Source: a virus (lineage: Duplodnaviria; Heunggongvirae; Uroviricota; Caudoviricetes). Taken from it: DNA of 14,811 bases. A program made the position numbers and the translations under genes. The DNA lies in IMG/VR virus record IMGVR_UViG_3300012925_000006, one strand, 5' to 3'. Below, one piece after another: positions 1 to 6,706 of the stretch. Numbering within the stretch: the first letter of the stretch is position 1; the number at the start of each line of letters is the position of its first letter. The notes under the pieces were generated by a model, which had not been told where the DNA came from, searched no databases, and saw nothing but the letters and a program-made list of their open reading frames with translations.

Positions 1-106
1 ATAAAACTGTAATGGAATATAATTTCATTTTTTCATCCATGAAATACCAATAAGTATCTCCCATTTTAATACCTACTCCATTGTTAGTTGTAAATAGAAT
101 ACTCAT
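1..106 (-). CDS. Hypothetical phage protein, N-terminal part only (runs off the window edge)
   Basis: Not in the ORF track. ATG at 106-104 overlaps the upstream stop (TAATG coupling). Reads MSILFTTNNGVGIKMGDTYWYFMDEKMKLYSITVL, open to the edge. Shares an LFTTxxGxxIxxGDxY motif with ORF 9439-9858. Confidence 0.7.
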   Translation of the reverse strand, partial: MSILFTTNNGVGIKMGDTYWYFMDEKMKLYSITVL

Positions 107-231
107 TAACTACGTTTTGATATTAAACGTTTCCAAATTTGTGTTGCCTTCCAGCAATGTCCCTGAGAATCCTTAGCAGGCCCACAAGATACAATGTTTA
201 TTAAAAGATATAGGTATAGAATGTGTTTCAA
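106..231 (-). CDS. Very small putative lipoprotein (41 aa, TTG start)
   Basis: The track ORF 106..291 overlaps the upstream gene. A TTG at 231-229 preceded by CCCAAAA gives MKHILYLYLLINIVS-CGPAKDSQGHCWKATQIWKRLISKRS: basic N-terminus, hydrophobic stretch, lipobox IVSC. Confidence 0.55.
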   Translation of the reverse strand: MKHILYLYLLINIVSCGPAKDSQGHCWKATQIWKRLISKRS

Positions 232-244
232 TTTTGGGTACGGA

Positions 245-520
245 TTAATGTAAGAGTATTTCCCAGTCTTCAGCAAGAGTATCACTTCCACTGGGAGTCC
301 AACTCGCTACATCTTTCTGAGCCGTCCACAAAGCCCAATACGGGCGAAACTTCATTATGTGCCCAGCAGGCACTCCGTGGGCTGTCGCAGTTGTCTCGTT
401 GACTGCTATGCCATCTGGATAACCCGGCATTATGACTGCATACATATTTGCGCCGTTCCATCCTGATCTTGCTACTTTTTTACCTTGTTTAGCTGCTTCA
501 AGGGCTTGCCCAAAATTCAT
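245..520 (-). CDS. tad2: Tad2/DUF2829-family anti-defence (nucleotide-signal sponge) protein
   Basis: N-terminal MNFGQALEAAKQGKKVARSGWNG and C-terminal WTPSGSDTLAEDWEI match the FGxALExxKxGxxVxRxGWNG and WxPSxxDxLAEDW signatures of DUF2829/Tad2. Confidence 0.85.
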   Translation of the reverse strand: MNFGQALEAAKQGKKVARSGWNGANMYAVIMPGYPDGIAVNETTATAHGVPAGHIMKFRPYWALWTAQKDVASWTPSGSDTLAEDWEILLH

Positions 521-539
521 CTTTATTTTGTTTTAAGGA

Positions 540-788
540 TTAAATAGTAGAAGCTTTTACCGCCCAACTAGTTCCAGATTCAATATCTGTCATTGCCAGA
601 TCTTTGAGGCGTTTCCATTCTCCTACTGTTTTGTCGTCCCATTCCGTCTTTGGTGCGGCTCCGTCAATGAGATCAATCAATTCAGCACCTTTCTGTTTTA
701 GTTGATCTATATATCCTTGCATAGAAGGATTAAAGGTAATTCTCACCCTGGATTCTCCAAGTGTTTTTGGTGGTTGTCCGTCTTGCAT
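540..788 (-). CDS. Acb2/T4 Vs.4-like (Acb2/Tad1 helical hairpin) putative anti-CBASS sponge protein
   Basis: Two-helix layout: IDQLKQKGAELIDLID and EWKRLKDLAMTDIESGTSWAVKA. These resemble recalled Acb2 segments (RVKELGSQFEKLIQ; RWLAIGKTDIQTG) and the Vs.4 C-terminus (ASMWACRA). Similarity judged by eye. Confidence 0.6.
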   Translation of the reverse strand: MQDGQPPKTLGESRVRITFNPSMQGYIDQLKQKGAELIDLIDGAAPKTEWDDKTVGEWKRLKDLAMTDIESGTSWAVKASTI

Positions 789-789
789 T

Positions 790-1116
790 TTATTTTATTT
801 TTGGTTTTATTGAATCTTTTTTCTGTTCTTCTTTTTCTGCTGTCATTAACTGAAGGCTAACTTGGGTAGAAATATCTTGTTCGAGAATAGATAGGCTATC
901 GGACCAAGCTGCTATTTCTGTACCTGAGTAAGAGCTACGTAACATTATTCTCTTGCCATTTTCTATATATCTCAAAGCAGTTAACCAATCTTCTTTACTC
1001 TTTGATACTGTATAGGTTTTTGGAGGAATCTGTTTAAAGGCAAATGCAGCAATCAATATTAAGATCATTCCAAAAAGAAATCTGTTGTAACTAATTTTTA
1101 CTTTTTCGTTGGTCAT
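790..1116 (-). CDS. Hypothetical protein with single N-terminal transmembrane/signal segment
   Basis: 108 aa; hydrophobic FLFGMILILIAAFAF near the N-terminus; tightly packed in the operon. Confidence 0.75.
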   Translation of the reverse strand: MTNEKVKISYNRFLFGMILILIAAFAFKQIPPKTYTVSKSKEDWLTALRYIENGKRIMLRSSYSGTEIAAWSDSLSILEQDISTQVSLQLMTAEKEEQKKDSIKPKIK

Positions 1117-1127
1117 TATTTTTTGTT

Positions 1128-1397
1128 TTAAAATATAAAGCTATTATCGTGTTTGAATAAGATGTTATCCGGTAGCGAAGATAGGTCTTCTTCCATAAGC
1201 TCTCTTCTTTCTACAACCTCACCACATATTGCTACACTTCCGTCTTTTTTAAATTTTACTCGTCCGTTTTGTTTTACGATCTCACTGATTGTGGAAATGG
1301 CTTTGCCGAATATCTTAGCTATATCTTTTTGCTTCATGCCTGTTTTATGAAGCCTGTTTATTTCATCATATTCTTTAAGGGTTAGTTGCTTTCCCAT
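1128..1397 (-). CDS. Small helix-turn-helix DNA-binding protein (paralog of 5306-5500)
   Basis: GMKQKDIAKIFGKAISTISEIVK is a canonical HTH pattern. Confidence 0.8.
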   Translation of the reverse strand: MGKQLTLKEYDEINRLHKTGMKQKDIAKIFGKAISTISEIVKQNGRVKFKKDGSVAICGEVVERRELMEEDLSSLPDNILFKHDNSFIF

Positions 1398-1401
1398 AAA
1401 T

Positions 1402-1626
1402 TTATTTTTTAATTACATGAATATCTCCTTTCCTACCTGTGTGTGTCATTTCAAGCTCTTCAAGGAATTGATCAGATTTGTTTTCCCAATCCTCTTTTCT
1501 TTTTCTGTTTTCGCATCCTAAATGCTCCCTCCATTCTTTCGTTGCCCTTCTTAGATTATTGAGTAGGTGAACGGCCTTTTTAAACTTTTCCTTCAATTCC
1601 TCTTCTGATGATATTTTCACATTCAT
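1402..1626 (-). CDS. Hypothetical charged helical protein
   Basis: 74 aa ORF filling the gap between neighbours with 1-4 nt spacing. Confidence 0.7.
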   Translation of the reverse strand: MNVKISSEEELKEKFKKAVHLLNNLRRATKEWREHLGCENRKRKEDWENKSDQFLEELEMTHTGRKGDIHVIKK

Positions 1627-1627
1627 T

Positions 1628-1960
1628 TTAAAAAGTTGAAATTATGGCATCCATTTGAACTTTTACATTTGGATCAGTATCGATATAGTTATCTATCGTT
1701 TGCATTGAATGAACTACGGTAGTATGATCTTTGTTAAATATAACTGCTATGGACTTAAGAGTTAATGCAGTGTAATGGGACAATAAGAACATAGCTACTT
1801 GTCTAGGGTATACTATTTCTATCCTGCGGCATTTTCTCAATAAATCATCCTTAGTTATTTCAAAATGTTTTTCGACTGCTGCGATAATCCTATTGGCCGA
1901 CACAAATTCAATCCCATCAATTTTTTCTCTTTTCCTATTTGGTTGTGGTATATAGGCCAT
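1628..1960 (-). CDS. Stand-alone DnaA C-terminal (domain IV, DnaA-box-binding HTH) protein
   Basis: RRIEIVYPRQVAMFLLSHYTALTLKSIAVIFNKDHTTVVHS matches the DnaA domain IV signature (RQxAMYL...DHTTVxH). Only 110 aa, with no AAA+ domain. Confidence 0.88.
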   Translation of the reverse strand: MAYIPQPNRKREKIDGIEFVSANRIIAAVEKHFEITKDDLLRKCRRIEIVYPRQVAMFLLSHYTALTLKSIAVIFNKDHTTVVHSMQTIDNYIDTDPNVKVQMDAIISTF

Positions 1961-1962
1961 AA

Positions 1963-2613
1963 TTATTCAGGTTGATCGTTTTTCTCTTCGTAAAAAGTCT
2001 GCATAAGGTTGAGGACAGCTTGCGGATCTTCCCCTCTTGCTAATTCCAAATCGTCTCCTCTCCTTTGGGTTCTTCCCGCCACTTTTATCTGGGTGTGCTG
2101 TTCGTCGCGGATATGCTGTAAGGTTTCCCATCTTTTTTGCCGATATACTTCCAAATACTCGAAAAAGGTGGGCATATCCATTTTGTCCTTCATTTTACCT
2201 AATTTCCCCATTATTAGTTCCCGGAGGAACAAAAGTAGGTCTTCAATGGACAGGTAATCTTCATGGGAGGAATCTATTATAGCTTCGGCAAGCTCAAATA
2301 TCTGATCCTCATTCATAGGGGATTTGATATTTAAGTTTGAAAAAGCACTTATAAGGGAGGCCATAATAGCGGCAGAAACTTTGGCCCTCCCGTCCTCCTG
2401 CTTTATCAACTGAGGTATCCGCTCTTCATGGGAGATAGCCAGTGTCTTTTCGTGTCTAACTATTCCCATCTCCCTGAATTCGTCCAATTTTACAGCGATA
2501 GCCCGTTTATCCCCCATTTCCATAACGCTGAGCATGGATTGACTTGGCTTTATCAATGCTAATGGTTTTGGCTCCTCCTGTGGATTTTGAATCTTTTTCG
2601 GTAGGTTCTCCAT
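1963..2613 (-). CDS. Phage replication-module protein, possibly a lambda-P-like helicase loader
   Basis: 216 aa helical protein with a strong ATTAAAAATG start. Lies directly downstream of, and overlaps, an initiator C-terminal-like gene. Function inferred from position only. Confidence 0.5.
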   Translation of the reverse strand: MENLPKKIQNPQEEPKPLALIKPSQSMLSVMEMGDKRAIAVKLDEFREMGIVRHEKTLAISHEERIPQLIKQEDGRAKVSAAIMASLISAFSNLNIKSPMNEDQIFELAEAIIDSSHEDYLSIEDLLLFLRELIMGKLGKMKDKMDMPTFFEYLEVYRQKRWETLQHIRDEQHTQIKVAGRTQRRGDDLELARGEDPQAVLNLMQTFYEEKNDQPE

Positions 2614-2857
2614 TTTTAATGTCTTTTTTAGGGTTGTGTATTTTGTAAAATCCCTTCCAATTCCTGGAAATACTTCGATTTACAATACGTTTGGCGTGGT
2701 CTTCGTCCCCCTCCGATACATCTACCAATTCGTTAAGGGCCGCCTGTTCGCTTATTGGATTAGCGTACCGGAAATGATGCGTCTCCCAACGCCACGTTTT
2801 CCACATTTCCCAAATTTCGTTAAATGCCTCGGTAAACGGACTCGTTAGCGTATACAT
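2507..2857 (-). CDS. Protein resembling the C-terminal domain of phage O-type replication initiators (stand-alone)
   Basis: FNEIWEMWKTWR...SEQAALNEL...AKRIVNRSISRNWKGFY resembles the FxxxWxxW...IxxSIxxxWxG pattern of replisome-organiser C-terminal domains. Its 3' end overlaps the next gene by 107 nt. Confidence 0.6.
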   Translation of the reverse strand: MYTLTSPFTEAFNEIWEMWKTWRWETHHFRYANPISEQAALNELVDVSEGDEDHAKRIVNRSISRNWKGFYKIHNPKKDIKNGEPTEKDSKSTGGAKTISIDKAKSIHAQRYGNGG

Positions 2858-2883
2858 AGTTTTGTTTATTTTTCCGTATTAAC

Positions 2884-3615
2884 TTATGCCCTCATGTACT
2901 CCAATTCCATTCTACGTTCTGCTAAGACTCTACCGTCTTTAATGAAAGCATACGATGGAATCAGCCCTTGTATTTTCCCCTGTCTTAAGGCCGTCCGCAG
3001 GACTCCCCCCGAAGGGGCCTCCCCGGAGGGGTCGCCGAAGGCAAAATAAATACTATACCTCCGAATAAAAGACAGGATGCCTAATCGAATCATCTTAGCC
3101 CTCAAGGCTGCCCCCTGGGCCGGAGACAATTTTAATACTTTTCCAAAACCGTGAGCAGACAAACCAGCATAACAGCTATAGGCCTTTTCAGAGAAAGTAT
3201 TCGGCGTTTCCGCCGCTGGGCATTTTTGTACTCCAGACCTCTTTATGTTATATTCCTGTCCACTCAGATTAAAGCGTATTAATTGCGCCCGTAGTAAGTC
3301 CAATTGATTTATGGGATCTACAGGCACCCCAATATTTTTCCCTCCATAAAGCAGGGATATTTTCCGTAAGCCTTTAAAAGTAATATTCCCCGAATGGTCC
3401 CCGACTAGTTCCCGACTTCTCAAAATCTTTAAATGATGGGATAAACAGGCAGGACTACAATTCAATATCTTTCCTAGACCCCTTAAATTAAAGCCGTAAT
3501 GTGTATTATTTACATAAAGGCTTTTCATTCGGATAAAGTATGCCAGCGACCTGAGCCAACCTTCCTCATTAGCCTTTTTTATGAGCTTTACGGGTATAAA
3601 TACTAAATTCCTCAA
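2884..3615 (-). CDS. Tandem (winged) HTH DNA-binding protein, putative replication initiator (243 aa, TTG start)
   Basis: Two HTH-like segments: FNLRGLGKILNCSPACLSHHLKILRSRELV and LSAHGFGKVLKLSPAQGAALRAKMIRLGIL. The track start at 3810 is unlikely because 3616-3810 contains a promoter and a terminator. An in-frame TTG at 3615 follows AAAATA. Confidence 0.6.
   Translation of the reverse strand: MRNLVFIPVKLIKKANEEGWLRSLAYFIRMKSLYVNNTHYGFNLRGLGKILNCSPACLSHHLKILRSRELVGDHSGNITFKGLRKISLLYGGKNIGVPVDPINQLDLLRAQLIRFNLSGQEYNIKRSGVQKCPAAETPNTFSEKAYSCYAGLSAHGFGKVLKLSPAQGAALRAKMIRLGILSFIRRYSIYFAFGDPSGEAPSGGVLRTALRQGKIQGLIPSYAFIKDGRVLAERRMELEYMRA
3007..3042 (+). repeat. Three tandem C-GNA-G mini-hairpins
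   Basis: CCCC-GAA-GGGG (3007-3017), CCCC-GGA-GGGG (3021-3031) and GCC-GAA-GGC (3034-3042). Confidence 0.7.
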
Positions 3616-3640
3616 TATTTTAAGTGGTAATGGGTAAAAT

Positions 3641-3671
3641 AAAAAAAGCCCCGTAGGAAAACTACGCGGCT
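3641..3671 (-). terminator. Intrinsic terminator/attenuator in the leader of the replication operon
   Basis: Minus strand AGCCGCGTAG-TTTTC-CTACGGGGCT is a 10-bp stem with one mismatch, running into a T7 tract. It sits about 25 nt upstream of the TTG start. Confidence 0.8.
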
Positions 3672-3728
3672 CGGTTGCTAAACCAAATAAAATATCAAAA
3701 TTCTGGCTGGAAGGCCAAGTAAGAGAGA

Positions 3729-3759
3729 CAAAGGTAGTAATTTCTTTGAAATCATTAAA
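3729..3759 (-). promoter_or_regulatory. Bacteroidota primary-sigma promoter for the replication operon
   Basis: Minus strand TACCTTTG (3736-3729) matches the -7 consensus TAnnTTTG. TTTA (3759-3756), 19 nt upstream, is a variant of the -33 TTTG. Confidence 0.65.
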
Positions 3760-3868
3760 TTTTAATATTTTACTATGTTTTAGCGGCATAAAAGTATGAT
3801 TATTTGACAAATGACCAAATTTTTATTTTTTCGGTTCATTACTCCTGATGTATCGTAGCTCTGTCTTT

Positions 3869-4936
3869 TTACTCGTCGTTTTTTAGCAAGTACTTATTGG
3901 ATATGACTTTGAAGCTAAGTCCGTCCTCAATACAGCGGAATACAAGGCCCTCTCTTTCGGTATCTTTATTCAGGAAGGATTTACCCTCGGCGCTCTTTAC
4001 AATGGCAGGAAGGTCCAACCTAAGGTCAAATTGGCCTATTTGGGGGCAACAAGGGATGTTCAGGTTGCGGCAAGTTTTATAAAATACATCTTGTTTTACC
4101 CTCTTCCCATCCACAAAAATGTTAAAAAGTCTTATTTCGTTTGCCGCCAATTGGTATTTATTGCCCTGCGGCTTTCCGATATATTCTCCCTGAACTATGA
4201 TATTATTAGTTGCATACTCCTCTACAAGGGCTTGGATGTGCTTTTCAAAGCCGGTTGATTGAAACACCCCATGCCATTCGTTTTTAGTATTGAATAACTC
4301 AAAGCGCCGGGAGCAAATCCGATATTTCGATTTTCCGTTCCATTTCCTTTCGTGAATGATTGTAATAGAGCTCCCGTCTAACTTCTCAGAGACAACGAAT
4401 GTTTTACCGGCATGAGATTCCAGCACACGGGGAATATTCTGAATCCTTTCCTCATCTGTGATCGACACTAATTTGGTTGGGAAGGATGCTCTATTGAATG
4501 TTTTGAGGCCGGGGAATATCTTTACCAGATATCGGTATTTAAGAATGTACCACCACTTTTTATACCAGACTTTCGGAACCCGTGGCCGATCTTCAACTAA
4601 TTCTACGTCCTTTGAATACTTCTTAACTCCTAGCACTTCGGTGAGATCATCGCCCTCATTCCAATTTCCAGGGGGTAAAGGCACAAGCAATCCCTGAGAT
4701 ATTTGCTTCCGTAACTTTATCGTGCGGACCCGGAACTTTCTTTCTCTCATAAATTCGAATTGATCGGTTTCAGGAACGACCGTATCTATCTGGATATAAC
4801 CGGCAAGATCCCCTACTTTAAATTCATCCTTCTTAATAACAAGTTCCCATCCCAAGACGGTAGCTTTCATAATAAAGTCGGCCCCCTCTATCGGATCAAT
4901 TTTTAAAACTCTTTCAGCGGACGCTAAATTTTGCAT
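3869..4936 (-). CDS. ATP-dependent RNA ligase, DRB0094/Rnl2 family, with N-terminal OB-like module
   Basis: Nucleotidyltransferase motifs: I (SEKLDGSS), III (VQGEYIG), IIIa (RLFNI), IV (REGLVFR), V (SFKVISNKYLLK). N-terminal DPIEGADFI...VLGWELVIKKDEFKVGD...RVRTIKLRKQISQGLL is typical of this family. Confidence 0.93.
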   Translation of the reverse strand: MQNLASAERVLKIDPIEGADFIMKATVLGWELVIKKDEFKVGDLAGYIQIDTVVPETDQFEFMRERKFRVRTIKLRKQISQGLLVPLPPGNWNEGDDLTEVLGVKKYSKDVELVEDRPRVPKVWYKKWWYILKYRYLVKIFPGLKTFNRASFPTKLVSITDEERIQNIPRVLESHAGKTFVVSEKLDGSSITIIHERKWNGKSKYRICSRRFELFNTKNEWHGVFQSTGFEKHIQALVEEYATNNIIVQGEYIGKPQGNKYQLAANEIRLFNIFVDGKRVKQDVFYKTCRNLNIPCCPQIGQFDLRLDLPAIVKSAEGKSFLNKDTEREGLVFRCIEDGLSFKVISNKYLLKNDE

Positions 4937-4968
4937 ATTTTCTCTTTATTGTATTGCCTTTAGATAGT

Positions 4969-5301
4969 TTATTCCTCGTTTAATCGATATTTTATTTGTT
5001 TTGAAAAGTCCACAATGCGACCTTCTTTATCGCCCTTTTCTCCAATTACTTCAATAAATTTACGATAAGGTGGTATTTCCAATGGCCCCGGTGCCTTATC
5101 GGCATATGAAAAATGAACTCTTGTCCCCTTCCCTATTTCTGAATAATCGTATATAGAACTTAAAGAAAATATATAACAGATTTTTTTAGCTTGCCCTTCG
5201 TAATCATTAAATTTCATATCCGCGGGGAATACGCCAGCCTTTTTTAGAGACTGAAAATCAAAGTTGTCCTGCATATACTCTTTTAACTTCTTATCGATCA
5301 T
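4969..5301 (-). CDS. Hypothetical protein (110 aa)
   Basis: Likely start is the ATG at 5301 (MIDKKLKEYM), 4 nt after the upstream stop. The track start at 5367 overlaps the upstream gene. Confidence 0.75.
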   Translation of the reverse strand: MIDKKLKEYMQDNFDFQSLKKAGVFPADMKFNDYEGQAKKICYIFSLSSIYDYSEIGKGTRVHFSYADKAPGPLEIPPYRKFIEVIGEKGDKEGRIVDFSKQIKYRLNEE

Positions 5302-5305
5302 AACC

Positions 5306-5500
5306 TTAAAATCTATAATAATCCAAGTGAGTGAATAAGACTTCTTCCGGCTCCTTTCTTTTTTCAAGTTCCTGTTTTATAAAATAATTTACGCTACTAC
5401 AGGCTTTACCGAATTGAGCGGCTATTACCTTTTGCTGCACCCCCGAATGATATAGCCTTAGTATTTCTTCTTTCTCCTCAGGTGAAATGTTTCTTGCCAT
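5306..5500 (-). CDS. Small helix-turn-helix protein (paralog of 1128-1397)
   Basis: EEILRLYHSGVQQKVIAAQFGKACSSVNYFIKQ HTH pattern. Confidence 0.78.
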   Translation of the reverse strand: MARNISPEEKEEILRLYHSGVQQKVIAAQFGKACSSVNYFIKQELEKRKEPEEVLFTHLDYYRF

Positions 5501-5508
5501 AGAATGAA

Positions 5509-5871
5509 TTAAAAACTATTTACGAATAGGTTGGTTTGATTAATGTTATTAGCAGCCTTTTCTTCTTTTTTAGTTCTGGCTGGCTGAATAGATCCAGCGG
5601 GGTACTGAGTCTTACAATATTCCAGCATTAATTTCATTCCTTCGATATTATGTTCAGACGCATTAAGCCGGTAATCGGTCCAGTATATTTCTTTACCGAA
5701 TCTATTTTTACCTACTTTTTTAGTACGAGAAACTTCCACACCAAAATCCTTTTCTATCGAGCGACTAATTTCTCTTGGCGCGTTCGTAATACCTATAAGG
5801 TTAAAACAGTTCTTGATATTTATAACCTTACCTTCTAGCAGGATTAAGGCTAGGGCTGCTTTTGCTGTCAT
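5509..5871 (-). CDS. Putative winged-HTH protein
   Basis: LILLEGKVINIKNCFNLIGITNAPREISRSIEKDFGVEVSR followed by a beta-hairpin ending WTDYRL resembles phage wHTH proteins. Start overlaps the upstream stop by 4 nt. Confidence 0.55.
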   Translation of the reverse strand: MTAKAALALILLEGKVINIKNCFNLIGITNAPREISRSIEKDFGVEVSRTKKVGKNRFGKEIYWTDYRLNASEHNIEGMKLMLEYCKTQYPAGSIQPARTKKEEKAANNINQTNLFVNSF

Positions 5872-6185
5872 GGTAGTTTATTTATAATTCCATAAGTTGT
5901 TTTGCAATCATTAATTATTTCTAAAAATTTCTCTTTGGGGGTATCTTTTACTAGCTTATCAAATTTTTTAAGAACGGATACCTTATCCTCCCCGTATCTA
6001 CAATTAAATCCTGTTTCATATTCTGAAATAGAATAGTTCCAAGGATCTCCAAAGTCTTCTTGCACTACTTCGTGCAAAAAGAAGGTAAGGCCATAAGGTT
6101 TTTGTTTTATAATTTCACCTTCTACTATTCTGGTTTTAAATTTGGTCGCATCTTTATTAGCGTATACAGCTATTTTTAATTTCAT
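5868..6185 (-). CDS. Hypothetical phage protein
   Basis: 105 aa; 4-nt overlaps with both neighbours. Confidence 0.75.
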   Translation of the reverse strand: MKLKIAVYANKDATKFKTRIVEGEIIKQKPYGLTFFLHEVVQEDFGDPWNYSISEYETGFNCRYGEDKVSVLKKFDKLVKDTPKEKFLEIINDCKTTYGIINKLP

Positions 6186-6403
6186 AATTCAGTTTTATTT
6201 ATTTCTTCTTTTACTTTGGTCCAAAATCTTACAGGGCTTACTTCACCATTAGTGTGCATGGCTTCATCTTCAATCAAAAAATCTACTGCTACTAAAGCAA
6301 ATTGTTTCGCTAAATTAAAGTCAAATGCTACCGATGTATTATGATTGAAAGGGACTTGTCCCATACGATGAATTAATTTTAATGCTTTTTCTTTTGGAGT
6401 CAT
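6182..6403 (-). CDS. Hypothetical phage protein (MTPKEKA...AKQxALxAVD...WxxVKxEI type)
   Basis: 73 aa; the pattern is recalled as common in Bacteroidota phage hypotheticals; coupled to the next gene. Confidence 0.8.
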   Translation of the reverse strand: MTPKEKALKLIHRMGQVPFNHNTSVAFDFNLAKQFALVAVDFLIEDEAMHTNGEVSPVRFWTKVKEEINKTEL

Positions 6404-6406
6404 ACT

Positions 6407-6703
6407 TTATTTTTTAAATCTTACTAAAGCCTCTCTAACGCACTCACAAGCAGCTTCTCTATAACTTACCGAATGAAGATCATGCTTTTCAAATATAGTC
6501 CTAACCAATTCATATATTTTATCTTTAGGTTGCTTTTCGGCTGGCCTTAGATCAATAAACCAACTGCTCTCCCAATGAAAAGGGTGAGATTCTGATATGC
6601 CGAATATTTCTTTCCATTCTTTTTCCGTTTTTTGATCTCCGGCCCTCCAATACGCTCCGGGCATATTTACATCCTTTCTTAGTTCATATAATGGTTCGTC
6701 CAT
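6407..6703 (-). CDS. Hypothetical phage protein
   Basis: 98 aa; 3-nt gaps to both neighbours. Confidence 0.75.
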   Translation of the reverse strand: MDEPLYELRKDVNMPGAYWRAGDQKTEKEWKEIFGISESHPFHWESSWFIDLRPAEKQPKDKIYELVRTIFEKHDLHSVSYREAACECVREALVRFKK

Positions 6704-6706
6704 AAG

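Noticed and set aside
1628-1960. Call as chromosomal dnaA or a dnaA pseudogene
   Set aside because: It has its own start, fits the operon with 1-2 nt gaps, and no AAA+ remnants lie upstream.
3616-3810. 65-codon N-terminal extension of the 308-aa track ORF
   Set aside because: It spans a promoter consensus and a terminator hairpin with a T-tract, and the translation looks non-protein-like. The TTG at 3615 is preferred.
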